This document shows positions 51,891 to 60,754 of a DNA stretch of 64,000 nucleotides, one piece after another. Below the pieces are notes generated by a model, which saw only the letters and a list, made by a program, of their open reading frames with translations, did no database searches and was not told the DNA's origin. This stretch comes from an uncultured virus (IMG/VR IMGVR_UViG_3300034022_000723) (lineage: Duplodnaviria; Heunggongvirae; Uroviricota; Caudoviricetes). The DNA is taken from positions 1 through 64,000 of IMG/VR virus record IMGVR_UViG_3300034022_000723; one strand, given 5' to 3'. The first letter of the stretch is position 1; each line of letters starts with the position of its first letter. The translations under genes and the position numbers were made by a program.

Positions 51891-51893
51891 AAT

Positions 51894-52010
51894 ATGAAAA
51901 AACTAATCAATTGGGTAAAGAAATACTTTGCTGACAAGAAAAGAAAAAAAGAATTTAAAAAGAAATTAGAAGAATTACGTAAAAGAGACCCATTTATTTA
52001 TAACCATTAA
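51894..52010 (+). CDS. 38-aa basic peptide (MKKLINW...RKRDPFIYNH)
   Basis: Read by hand; fills the gap after the carbamoyltransferase. Confidence 0.55.
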   Translation: MKKLINWVKKYFADKKRKKEFKKKLEELRKRDPFIYNH

Positions 52011-52048
52011 TTTGGTTTTTTAAAAAAGTTTCTTTATATTATAGTATT

Positions 52049-52486
52049 ATGTCAATATATTGGTTCACCGGACAACCCGCATCAGGTAAAACTACGTTAG
52101 TAAACAATCTCCTAACTCATTTTGGTAAGGAGAATACTATCATTATAGATGGTGACGATTTGAGGGACATTTTCCAAAATAAGGACTATTCTGAGGTGGG
52201 AAGGAGAAAAAATATTGAAAGAGCACAAGACATTGCTCAATTTTTGAATAAAAAGGGGTTTACGGTCTTGGTATCCTTAGTTTCACCATATAAAGACCAA
52301 AGAGAGGACTTTAAGAATAGAGAAGACGTTGTTGAGGTTTATGTTCACACGACGGAAGATAGGGGTAGAAATCAGTTTCACGTAGAGAACTATGAACCAC
52401 CTACCGAAAACTTTATAGATTTGGATACAACGGATAAAACCGAAGTAGATTCTTATTATGAAATATTAAAAAAATTAACACTATGA
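52049..52486 (+). CDS. cysC: Adenylyl-sulfate (APS) kinase
   Basis: WFTGQPASGKTT; IDGDDLR; YSEVGRRKNI; SLVSPY; YEPP. Confidence 0.85.
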   Translation: MSIYWFTGQPASGKTTLVNNLLTHFGKENTIIIDGDDLRDIFQNKDYSEVGRRKNIERAQDIAQFLNKKGFTVLVSLVSPYKDQREDFKNREDVVEVYVHTTEDRGRNQFHVENYEPPTENFIDLDTTDKTEVDSYYEILKKLTL

Positions 52487-52869
52487 GTAAGAAATATGCA
52501 ATGTATGTGGGCAGATGGCAAAATTGGCACAAGGGTCACGAATGGTTACTTAACCAACAATTAGAAAAGGGAAAGAATGTGTGGGTGGCAATTAGAAATG
52601 TGGAGACAGATGAAAACAACCCAAAAACGGCACAACAAGTTATGATGGATTTAGCTGAAGAATCCTTCTTTAAGGAAAATTCACATAGAATTAACATATC
52701 CATCATCCCTGATATTGAGAGTATCAATTATGGTAGAGGAGTTGGGTATGATGTCATTTACCATGAACCACCTGAAGACGTGGCAAAAATTAGTGGTACA
52801 AGTATAAGAAACGGGTATATTGACTCAAACGGAGATATTATAGAATATCCAGATATGAATGACAAATGA
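52483..52869 (+). CDS. Small HxGH nucleotidyltransferase (cytidylyltransferase-like)
   Basis: GRWQNWHKGH; ISGTSIR. Confidence 0.75.
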   Translation: MSKKYAMYVGRWQNWHKGHEWLLNQQLEKGKNVWVAIRNVETDENNPKTAQQVMMDLAEESFFKENSHRINISIIPDIESINYGRGVGYDVIYHEPPEDVAKISGTSIRNGYIDSNGDIIEYPDMNDK

Positions 52870-53081
52870 TAGTAGAACGTAAACGACATATAGCTAAAAC
52901 CATCTCATATCGTATTGTAAGTACCCTTATTGGGTTTCTAATAATATGGTGGGTAAGTGGATCAATTAAGGTCGGTACGGCTTTCGGAGTGGTAGAACTG
53001 ATATATAAACCCATCCAATATTATCTTCATGAAAGAATTTGGTATAAATGGATAAAATTTGGATTAAAAGATAAAAAATAA
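52866..53081 (+). CDS. DUF2061-like small membrane protein
   Basis: RHIAKTISYR...YYLHERIW. Confidence 0.75.
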   Translation: MIVERKRHIAKTISYRIVSTLIGFLIIWWVSGSIKVGTAFGVVELIYKPIQYYLHERIWYKWIKFGLKDKK

Positions 53082-53108
53082 GTATTTATATACAAATAAC
53101 AAAACAAT

Positions 53109-54638
53109 ATGAGGACAGTATTAATAGGTTCGGACTTTATGTACGACAAAGATGGTAATTTAAAACCAATTGAAATCAATACCGCAGTTGGTTGGCATAA
53201 TAATACAATTGAAGAAACCGACTCACTGTTGGATTTAACAACATTGACTACATTTATAACCGATAATTCTTTTACCAAAGTCGTATATATCGGAAATATT
53301 TCTAATTTAGATGTAGAATTATCAGGTTCATGTACCACATTAGGAATTGAATATGAAAAACATTTGGTATATACAAACTCAATCACCATCCCATTTGTTG
53401 AGGATAACAATCAAACTCTAATTATTAGAAGTGCTTACGACACCACTGCATTGGTAGATGACACATATTGTAGAGATAAAGTTAATTTTTTAAATTTAAT
53501 AAAAGATTCTTCTTTTGGGTCTCAATTTGCTTATTTAGATGAAAACAATTCAATCGTTAGTAATATAACAACAATTAACGATAATGGGGAACATCCAAAT
53601 TTTATTTTAAAAGCAAGATTACCTGATTATGATAAAGAAGTTTATCCTAAATTTTATAAAGTATCTACACAAGAAGAATTAGATAGTCTTATTTCAAATG
53701 TAGTTACTTCTGATTATTTTTTAATGGAGTTTCATTTAAATCAATCTGAATTAATACAAGACCATATAAAAGTTTTTAGAGGATTAAATTTATTATTCCC
53801 ACCAAATTTAGAATCTATATCATTAGGTGGTTATACAAGAGCATGCGATGATAAGATTACAATAAACTCATCATTTAATCCTACTACATTTGAATTAACA
53901 AATGGTCGTGAAAAATATATTGCAGGTAATTATCAATTATTACTACCAAAATTATCAGATACAGACTTGGTATTGATGAGTGATGGTACATACAAGGTTG
54001 CAACCGAATTGGTGGTAGGGGATGTATTAAAAACAATCGATATTCCTAATCCATTTGATGTTGTAGATATGAGCGCAGTTGCAAATTATAGAATATCACA
54101 ATCCGAATTAGAGAGTGGTACAACATACTCAACAAATGCTATTACTAACATAAGACGAGTGAATACATATTCTAAAATTGTTAAAATAACATTTACCGAT
54201 GGTAGTGATTGGTTTGATAACCGACATTCAAATTACCTTTCAATTAGAAATAATGAAGTAAGATTTTTAAAACTAAATGGTGGGGATAACGATGATTCAA
54301 TGGTTATTGGTGACAATATATTATTATTAGATACATTAAATTTTGAAACACCTTTATTTATAATAAAAGAAGTATCAAATATTGAAATGGTTTCTGAATT
54401 TTTTGGTGGGTATGAAATAACCGTAGAAAACGCTCATATATTCTTAACAAAATCAGATGTGGACTCAGATAAATCATATGTTTCAATTGAACATAATGGA
54501 GTGGATTGTACATATGAAAGTTTAAATAATTGTGAGTTCGGTGGTATATGTGGAAAAAACCAGCAGTGTTGTCCACTATCATGGAACGATAGACAATGTC
54601 TAAAAACGATTCAATGTCTCGCATGTAACCAAAAATAA
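53109..54638 (+). CDS. Circularly permuted ATP-grasp-like domain + Hint domain + C-terminal Cys-rich peptide
   Basis: N-term GSDF..D.DGNLK.IEINT; FILKAR; Hint-like LVLMSDGTYK...LVVGD...YEITVE..H.F...EHN; 8-Cys tail. Confidence 0.65.
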   Translation: MRTVLIGSDFMYDKDGNLKPIEINTAVGWHNNTIEETDSLLDLTTLTTFITDNSFTKVVYIGNISNLDVELSGSCTTLGIEYEKHLVYTNSITIPFVEDNNQTLIIRSAYDTTALVDDTYCRDKVNFLNLIKDSSFGSQFAYLDENNSIVSNITTINDNGEHPNFILKARLPDYDKEVYPKFYKVSTQEELDSLISNVVTSDYFLMEFHLNQSELIQDHIKVFRGLNLLFPPNLESISLGGYTRACDDKITINSSFNPTTFELTNGREKYIAGNYQLLLPKLSDTDLVLMSDGTYKVATELVVGDVLKTIDIPNPFDVVDMSAVANYRISQSELESGTTYSTNAITNIRRVNTYSKIVKITFTDGSDWFDNRHSNYLSIRNNEVRFLKLNGGDNDDSMVIGDNILLLDTLNFETPLFIIKEVSNIEMVSEFFGGYEITVENAHIFLTKSDVDSDKSYVSIEHNGVDCTYESLNNCEFGGICGKNQQCCPLSWNDRQCLKTIQCLACNQK

Positions 54639-54657
54639 TAAAATAAAATAATATAAA

Positions 54658-54735
54658 ATGACAATAACAGAAAAACAAACAATTAATAATGTAATGGGTC
54701 AAATTGGTTCACTAATTATTACCGCAAATTCTTAA
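54658..54735 (+). CDS. 25-aa micro-ORF MTITEKQTINNVMGQIGSLIITANS
   Basis: Read by hand; A-rich leader like other genes; fills the intergenic gap. Confidence 0.45.
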   Translation: MTITEKQTINNVMGQIGSLIITANS

Positions 54736-54756
54736 TAAAGAAATAAAATAAGTTAT

Positions 54757-55041
54757 ATGGATTTTGATTTCAAAAAAATCACTAAGGCTTGGTTTGATTC
54801 GTATTTTGGTTCGGATAAACAAAAAGAGATGGCGGTAAAACGTTCATCAATATGTGAAGTGTGCCCATCCCGTGACGTAAAAGTTAAAGGGATTGATTTA
54901 TTAACAGTATGTGGTGAATGCGGGTGCCCAATCAAGAAAAAAATATTTTCAGACGTTTTCAACGATTGTCCATTAAAAAAATGGGAATCAGTTGATTTAG
55001 AATATTTTCCATCAAGAAAAACTAATAAAACTTTATATTAA
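54757..55041 (+). CDS. Small Cys-rich metal-binding protein (DUF6171-like)
   Basis: R..ICEVCP...CGECGC...CPLKKW. Confidence 0.65.
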   Translation: MDFDFKKITKAWFDSYFGSDKQKEMAVKRSSICEVCPSRDVKVKGIDLLTVCGECGCPIKKKIFSDVFNDCPLKKWESVDLEYFPSRKTNKTLY

Positions 55042-55046
55042 ATTGT

Positions 55047-55427
55047 ATGATAACAGAAATCCATACATCAAATAAAATTTATATAAAATTTATTGATACT
55101 AAAAAAGGTTGGGGTGTCTTTTGTAAAGAAAAAATATTAAAAGATGAAATTGTAGAACAATGTTACGGAATAATTGATAATTATAAAACTACACCGTTAA
55201 AAGATTATTGTTTTGTATTAAACACAAAAAATCATCAGAACCACGACGCAATAATGCCAGTGGGGTATGGTGCAATATATAATCATAGTGATACACCAAA
55301 CATAACTTGGCAAAATATAGGTAAAATAGTAGAATTTATAGCCACTCAAGATATTGAAATTGGTGAAGAAATTTGTCATAATTATGGAGAAGGATATTTA
55401 GAAAAATGGGCCCACCGATTTATATAA
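55047..55427 (+). CDS. SET-domain protein methyltransferase
   Basis: KGWGVF; YNHSDTPN; FIATQDIEIGEEICHNYG. Confidence 0.85.
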   Translation: MITEIHTSNKIYIKFIDTKKGWGVFCKEKILKDEIVEQCYGIIDNYKTTPLKDYCFVLNTKNHQNHDAIMPVGYGAIYNHSDTPNITWQNIGKIVEFIATQDIEIGEEICHNYGEGYLEKWAHRFI

Positions 55428-56026
55428 TGAAAATCGCATTAATATATATCGCTAGAACAGGATCAACTTCCTTATTGAAGTATTTTGCAAAATTAAAACC
55501 TAATTATGTTTGTTATAATGAACCATGGTTTCCATGGGCAAAGAAAAATATACATACCGAAAATACGGAGTACAATGAATTAATTAAAAACGATAATTTA
55601 TTTATAAAATCTACATTAACCCATCTACCATGTTCATTAGAAACATTAATTTCTGATTTTGATACTGTTATTTTTTTAATAAGAAAAGACCTTAAATCCC
55701 AAATAGAAAGTCATATTTTAGTGAATAAAGAAATGTCATATTTAAACACCACAAAAAGAAAATATAACATACACAATATAACTGAAAGTGAAATTGAACA
55801 TTATAGTGAGATTACAAATAATCACATACAAAAAATAAAAACCACATCTAATACATATAATGTACCTCTATTTTATTATGAAGATTTATATTATGGTGAT
55901 TTTCAACCGATATTTGATGAATTGGGAATTGTATATAATAAAGAATATTATGATGAATATTTAAATATTTCTAACAAATATAGAATTGGTAATATGGACA
56001 TTAAAAACCATAAAACTTTAATTTAA
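55427..56026 (+). CDS. Sulfotransferase-like protein (P-loop, Stf0-like)
   Basis: ARTGSTSL; NEP; LIRKD...QIES; YYEDL; ATG at 55427 preferred. Confidence 0.65.
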   Translation: MKIALIYIARTGSTSLLKYFAKLKPNYVCYNEPWFPWAKKNIHTENTEYNELIKNDNLFIKSTLTHLPCSLETLISDFDTVIFLIRKDLKSQIESHILVNKEMSYLNTTKRKYNIHNITESEIEHYSEITNNHIQKIKTTSNTYNVPLFYYEDLYYGDFQPIFDELGIVYNKEYYDEYLNISNKYRIGNMDIKNHKTLI

Positions 56027-56503
56027 ATGAATATATGTAAAAATTTATTATCAGACAAAGAGTTATTTTTTTTAAATTCAATATGTTCAAATTTTGTTGA
56101 GACACAATTACCACACAATCGTAATAACTACGTTAGAAAAAACTTAAATATAAAAGAAGAGTTGTTAGAATATCAAAAAAGATGCTCAAAATATTTACCA
56201 GATGGGTATCAATTATATGATTTATGGATTAACAAGGTAACCAATAAAACAAATATTGATGACAATTATCATATTGATGTTGCGGATTTAAGTATCATCA
56301 CCTACATTAATGAAAATTTTGAGGGTGGAGAATTTCAGTATATTTTTAAAAATGAAGAAATAAAAGTAAAACCAATTATAAACCATAGCTTAATTATAAA
56401 TAAAGAAATAGAACATAGAGTTCTTAATGTAACTAATGGAGAAAGATTTAGTTTAATTTCTTTTTATAAAAAAATACAAAAAAAACAAAAAACATTAATT
56501 TAA
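56027..56503 (+). CDS. 2OG-Fe(II) oxygenase
   Basis: YHID; YINENFEGGEF; HRV; GERFSL. Confidence 0.8.
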   Translation: MNICKNLLSDKELFFLNSICSNFVETQLPHNRNNYVRKNLNIKEELLEYQKRCSKYLPDGYQLYDLWINKVTNKTNIDDNYHIDVADLSIITYINENFEGGEFQYIFKNEEIKVKPIINHSLIINKEIEHRVLNVTNGERFSLISFYKKIQKKQKTLI

Positions 56504-57565
56504 ATGAATACATTTAAAAATATAGATTTAAAAAATTATGTTTGTAGTGTTCCATTTAATTCATTAGAAATACATAATAATGTTTGCTTTGTATGTTGTC
56601 CATCTTGGTTACCAAATAAAATAGAACTTAATGAGATTCCTTTAAAAGATGTATATAATAGTGAACCTGTTATTGATATTAGAAATTCTATTTTAGATGG
56701 TTCATTTAAATATTGTAATAAAGAACTTTGCCCATATTTAAGTAAATTGGTAAATTACGGGGTAACATCTGGACCCGTTACTTTAAAAACAAAATTAAAC
56801 CCAAGTTTTTATAATCCTATTATAAAAAATAATACACCGGATTATCTTATAATGAATTTTGACAGGACATGCAATTATAAATGCCCTTCATGTAGAATTG
56901 ATTTAATTGTTGAAAATGGAGAAGGTATACAACGTGTTGAAAAAACAATTGAAGATATAGATAATTATTATTCTGCAAATGTAAAAACACTATACATAAC
57001 TGGTTCAGGTGACCCATTTGTATCGGTGGGGTTTAGAAATTATTTAAGAAATTTTAATCCTAAAAAATATCCAAAATTAATATCAATTCATTTACATACA
57101 AATGCAAGTATGTGGGATAAAAAAATGTGGGATAGTATGCCAAATATTCATAATTATGTAAACACTTGTGAAATCAGTATAGACGCTGGCACTAAAGATA
57201 CTTACGAAAATAAAACAAGAATAGGTGGCAATTGGGAAAATTTAATGAATAATCTTAAATTTATCAATACATTACCAATACGTGTTAAAACATCGTTTGT
57301 TGTTCAAGATAGTAATTATATGGAAATGGAAACATTTTATAATTTAATGTATTCTATATTTAGAAAAAAAGTAGATGTGTTTTTTGGAAAGATAACAAAT
57401 TGGGGAACATTTTCCGAAGGTGAATTTAAATTAAAACAAGTATGGGATGCCGAACATCCAGAACATGAATTATTTAAAAAAGAATTTAATAAAATATGGA
57501 AAAATCAAAATCTATTCCATAATTTATATGAGTTTATTGATAACACTAATAAAACTTTAATATAA
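56504..57565 (+). CDS. Radical SAM protein with N-terminal twitch/SPASM-like Cys cluster
   Basis: CSVPF...VCCPSW; C...CP; CNYKCPSC; GSGDPF. Confidence 0.8.
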   Translation: MNTFKNIDLKNYVCSVPFNSLEIHNNVCFVCCPSWLPNKIELNEIPLKDVYNSEPVIDIRNSILDGSFKYCNKELCPYLSKLVNYGVTSGPVTLKTKLNPSFYNPIIKNNTPDYLIMNFDRTCNYKCPSCRIDLIVENGEGIQRVEKTIEDIDNYYSANVKTLYITGSGDPFVSVGFRNYLRNFNPKKYPKLISIHLHTNASMWDKKMWDSMPNIHNYVNTCEISIDAGTKDTYENKTRIGGNWENLMNNLKFINTLPIRVKTSFVVQDSNYMEMETFYNLMYSIFRKKVDVFFGKITNWGTFSEGEFKLKQVWDAEHPEHELFKKEFNKIWKNQNLFHNLYEFIDNTNKTLI

Positions 57566-57571
57566 TTAAAT

Positions 57572-58087
57572 ATGAAACATAACATAATAAAAATTGACAT
57601 AAATGACATAAATTTAATAAAACAAGTTTATAAAAATGGTGAAGAAAATGGTCATAATGTAGAAACAAATCCATACAATAAAAGAAGGGATAAAAATACT
57701 TATAGTACTGAATTAGTTAAAAGTGAAACGTTTTTTTGTGATACACGTAATAAAGAATTAGTCGATATTGTTAAAAAATATATTAACATAAATGAAACAA
57801 CGGAATATATTGTTAATATGCATTATATTAATTATAAAATAGGTGAGGAAGCAAAAGAGCATATTGATACCGGTGCCTCAATAAGAACATATATAATATT
57901 ATTAAATGATAATTTTAATGGTGGTGAATTTTATCTGGATAATATCCATATCCCTCTAAAATTGGGCGAAATAATTGAATTTGATGCCAATTTATTACAT
58001 AAGGTTACTCCCATAATATCTGGCAATAGAGAAGTATTAGCGATATGGATTTTACCATCGCAAAAAAATAAAAAAACTTTAACATAG
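57572..58087 (+). CDS. 2OG-Fe(II) oxygenase
   Basis: HID; LNDNFNGGEF; HKV; GNREVL. Confidence 0.8.
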   Translation: MKHNIIKIDINDINLIKQVYKNGEENGHNVETNPYNKRRDKNTYSTELVKSETFFCDTRNKELVDIVKKYININETTEYIVNMHYINYKIGEEAKEHIDTGASIRTYIILLNDNFNGGEFYLDNIHIPLKLGEIIEFDANLLHKVTPIISGNREVLAIWILPSQKNKKTLT

Positions 58088-58251
58088 TGATAGTCCTGAT
58101 TTTATCACGTACAAGATGTGGATCTACTACATTATGTAAATGGATATCAAAAGAATTAGATATTGAATTAGATGAAACCCCATATGATAAAAAATATAGA
58201 AAAGACACATATACTTTAACGTATGATTTTAAAAGAAAAAATATTATTTAG
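58087..58251 (+). pseudogene. Internally deleted sulfotransferase remnant (54 codons)
   Basis: GTG start; (M)IVLILSRTRCGSTTLCKWISKELDIELDETPYDKKYRKDTYTLTYDFKRKNII carries the R.GST.L loop and KYR seen in 55427..56026. Confidence 0.55.
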
Positions 58252-58777
58252 TAAAGAGGAGTGTCAGTCCATTTTGAAAAATATTGAAAAATGGGATGAT
58301 ACTATTATAAGCGTACGATTGGGTGGACAATTAACCAACAAAGGAGGTATTATGAAATCGTTTAAAATAAATTGGGACGATAATAATAGTTGGATTAAAA
58401 ATAGAGTTATAAATTGGGTTAATTCTTTGGATGAGGTTTTGTATAAAATAAATCATAATAAAAACTTAAATGCGGGTTATAGAAAATATATCAAAGGTGA
58501 TTATTTTATAAAACATGATGATCATATTTACAATGGGGATAGGAGATTGTATACTATTGGTGTGATGATTCATAAATCGGAAGATTTAATTGGTGGAGAT
58601 TTAAAAATGTATATTAATAATGATGTAGTTAATATTGATTTTAATTTAGGTAATGTATATATATTTGATTCAAATACACCACATTCAGTTGATTTAATTG
58701 AATTGGGAGAAAGAATTACACTTATGTTTTTTATAGTTCAATCTGATACTATTAAAAATATAAAACATATTATATGA
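58223..58777 (+). CDS. 2OG-Fe(II) oxygenase
   Basis: KHDD; GGDL; PHSV; GERITL. Confidence 0.8.
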   Translation: MILKEKILFSKEECQSILKNIEKWDDTIISVRLGGQLTNKGGIMKSFKINWDDNNSWIKNRVINWVNSLDEVLYKINHNKNLNAGYRKYIKGDYFIKHDDHIYNGDRRLYTIGVMIHKSEDLIGGDLKMYINNDVVNIDFNLGNVYIFDSNTPHSVDLIELGERITLMFFIVQSDTIKNIKHII

Positions 58778-59271
58778 TAAAACAAAATAAACTATTTAGT
58801 AAAGAGGAGTGTCAGTCCATTATTTTTTATGGAAGTAATAATATTACCGATTGGGATTATAACGATAGAAAATACCACTCACAACCAATTAATTATTCAT
58901 TAGATACTAAATGGTTATTTGATAAGTTAAAGGATTTTGTTGAAAGAGAAACAACAATTAGGATTAGAACAATAAAAAAAACGATACATTTTCATAAATT
59001 TACAAAAGGTGATTGGTTTGGAAAACATAACGATGTTAGAGATAGAAGATTATACGCCGTGGGAGTTTTATTGAACGATGATTTTGAAGGTGGTGATTTT
59101 AAATTATACAACCCAAATGAAATTATATTAGATAAAGTTATTGGAAATACATATTTATTTGATGTAAGAATAGACCACGAAATAACACCAATTTTAGATG
59201 GAGAACGATATTCTTTATTGTGGTTTTTACAAAACGAACATGTAAAAATAGAAACAAATAAATTAATATAA
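58774..59271 (+). CDS. 2OG-Fe(II) oxygenase
   Basis: KHND; LNDDFEGGDF; HEI; GERYSL. Confidence 0.8.
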   Translation: MIKQNKLFSKEECQSIIFYGSNNITDWDYNDRKYHSQPINYSLDTKWLFDKLKDFVERETTIRIRTIKKTIHFHKFTKGDWFGKHNDVRDRRLYAVGVLLNDDFEGGDFKLYNPNEIILDKVIGNTYLFDVRIDHEITPILDGERYSLLWFLQNEHVKIETNKLI

Positions 59272-59272
59272 T

Positions 59273-59923
59273 ATGGAAAAAATATACTTTGATGATGAGA
59301 CATACATATGGAAAACTAAATTTGATATATCACATATGAAAGATAGTGTATTAGAAGAATGCCTTATTATTATTAAAGATATGGAAGATTTAAAGCCGAC
59401 GGATGCTTTTGGATTCTTTAGTGAATGGAAAGAAAATATAGATTTTAATGGTAATTTTGAATCAACTGCAAAAATACATGAAATAGTTAAAGAAGGAATA
59501 AATGTGTGTATTGAATTGTTTAATGAAAATATAAAATTACCATACAATAAAATAAATACAGAGGCGTGGATAAATGTTGTGAGAGCTAAAAATCCAAAGC
59601 AAAAAGATATTTCTAAGGAAAACGAAATAGTAATGCACAATCATACTGATTTAAATCATATGAGTAAAGTTTTTAGACCTGATTACACATATGTTCACTA
59701 TGTTCAGATGCCTGATAATTTAGAAGGTAACGATGGTGTGTTATACATAGAGGGTAAAGATGGAATTATTTATAATATTCTTCCAAAAGAAAATGATATA
59801 ATAATAATGGAAGGAAGAGTTCCACACGTACCTGCCTCTGCTAGAAAATCTACCAAAGATAGAATAGTTATAGCGGGTAATGTTGGATTTGAAATGATTA
59901 AAAAAACAAATACCTTAATATGA
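59273..59923 (+). CDS. 2OG-Fe(II) oxygenase-like (cupin) protein
   Basis: AWINV; HNH; YVHYV; PHVP; DRIVIAGN. Confidence 0.65.
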   Translation: MEKIYFDDETYIWKTKFDISHMKDSVLEECLIIIKDMEDLKPTDAFGFFSEWKENIDFNGNFESTAKIHEIVKEGINVCIELFNENIKLPYNKINTEAWINVVRAKNPKQKDISKENEIVMHNHTDLNHMSKVFRPDYTYVHYVQMPDNLEGNDGVLYIEGKDGIIYNILPKENDIIIMEGRVPHVPASARKSTKDRIVIAGNVGFEMIKKTNTLI

Positions 59924-60723
59924 GTCCATTAGAATATTGGAAACCTGAGACTTTTGAAATCTCATCATTTAAGTTTAAATTAGATGAACGAAAAAACAAA
60001 ATATTTAAAACATCGGGATCAGATAATACAGGTTTATGTACCTACACCTATAATGAATTAGGATTTAGGGGGGATAGTATAAAAAAAGAAGGATTTAAAG
60101 TAATGTCTTTGGGTTGTTCAATTACGGAAGGAGTTGGTGTAAATGATAATGAAACTTGGCCTGCACAATTTTGTAGTCATATGGAAAATGCGGTAAATTT
60201 TAATTTCGGAACAGGTGGAAGAAGTAATGATTTTATATGTAGATGTTTAATGAGTTATTATGATTTGATTAAACCAGATTTGGTTTTAATAATGTATACA
60301 TTCCCACATAGAAGAGAAATTTATACCGAAGATGGTGGAATTGAACCATTTATTCCAACAACTTCTTGGGGTTATTTAAAGGAGACGGATGACGGTATTA
60401 AAACACAAGAATATTTAACTTATTTACAAAATAATAATGAGGACATAATAAATTGGTATAAAAATCATTTATTAATAAAATATTTTTTAGAATCAAAAAA
60501 ATGTAATTGGATTTGGAATGGTGGAGAATTAAAATCACTTGAATATGATGACCCCAATAGGTTTGATGGAGATTACGGGAAATATTTAGATTTAGGTGTG
60601 GATAATCATCATCCAGGTCCAAACCATAATAAAACATATGCTCATAATTTACATGATTTTATATCAAAAAATTTCCCACAGTACATAAATAATTTACCAA
60701 AAAATATAGAAAATTTGATTTGA
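59920..60723 (+). CDS. SGNH/GDSL-like protein
   Basis: YNELGFR; LGCSITEGVG; GRSN; DNHHPG. Confidence 0.65.
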   Translation: MSPLEYWKPETFEISSFKFKLDERKNKIFKTSGSDNTGLCTYTYNELGFRGDSIKKEGFKVMSLGCSITEGVGVNDNETWPAQFCSHMENAVNFNFGTGGRSNDFICRCLMSYYDLIKPDLVLIMYTFPHRREIYTEDGGIEPFIPTTSWGYLKETDDGIKTQEYLTYLQNNNEDIINWYKNHLLIKYFLESKKCNWIWNGGELKSLEYDDPNRFDGDYGKYLDLGVDNHHPGPNHNKTYAHNLHDFISKNFPQYINNLPKNIENLI

Positions 60724-60754
60724 TTTTTCATTTATTTTCATTATATTATCATTA

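Noticed and set aside
53949..54497. Canonical splicing intein or homing element
   Set aside because: No Cys/Ser at position 1, Gly at +1 and no endonuclease motifs; treated as a cleavage-only Hint domain
55047..55427. SET protein as a carrier of the KTLI tag
   Set aside because: Ends WAHRFI, too weak a match to count
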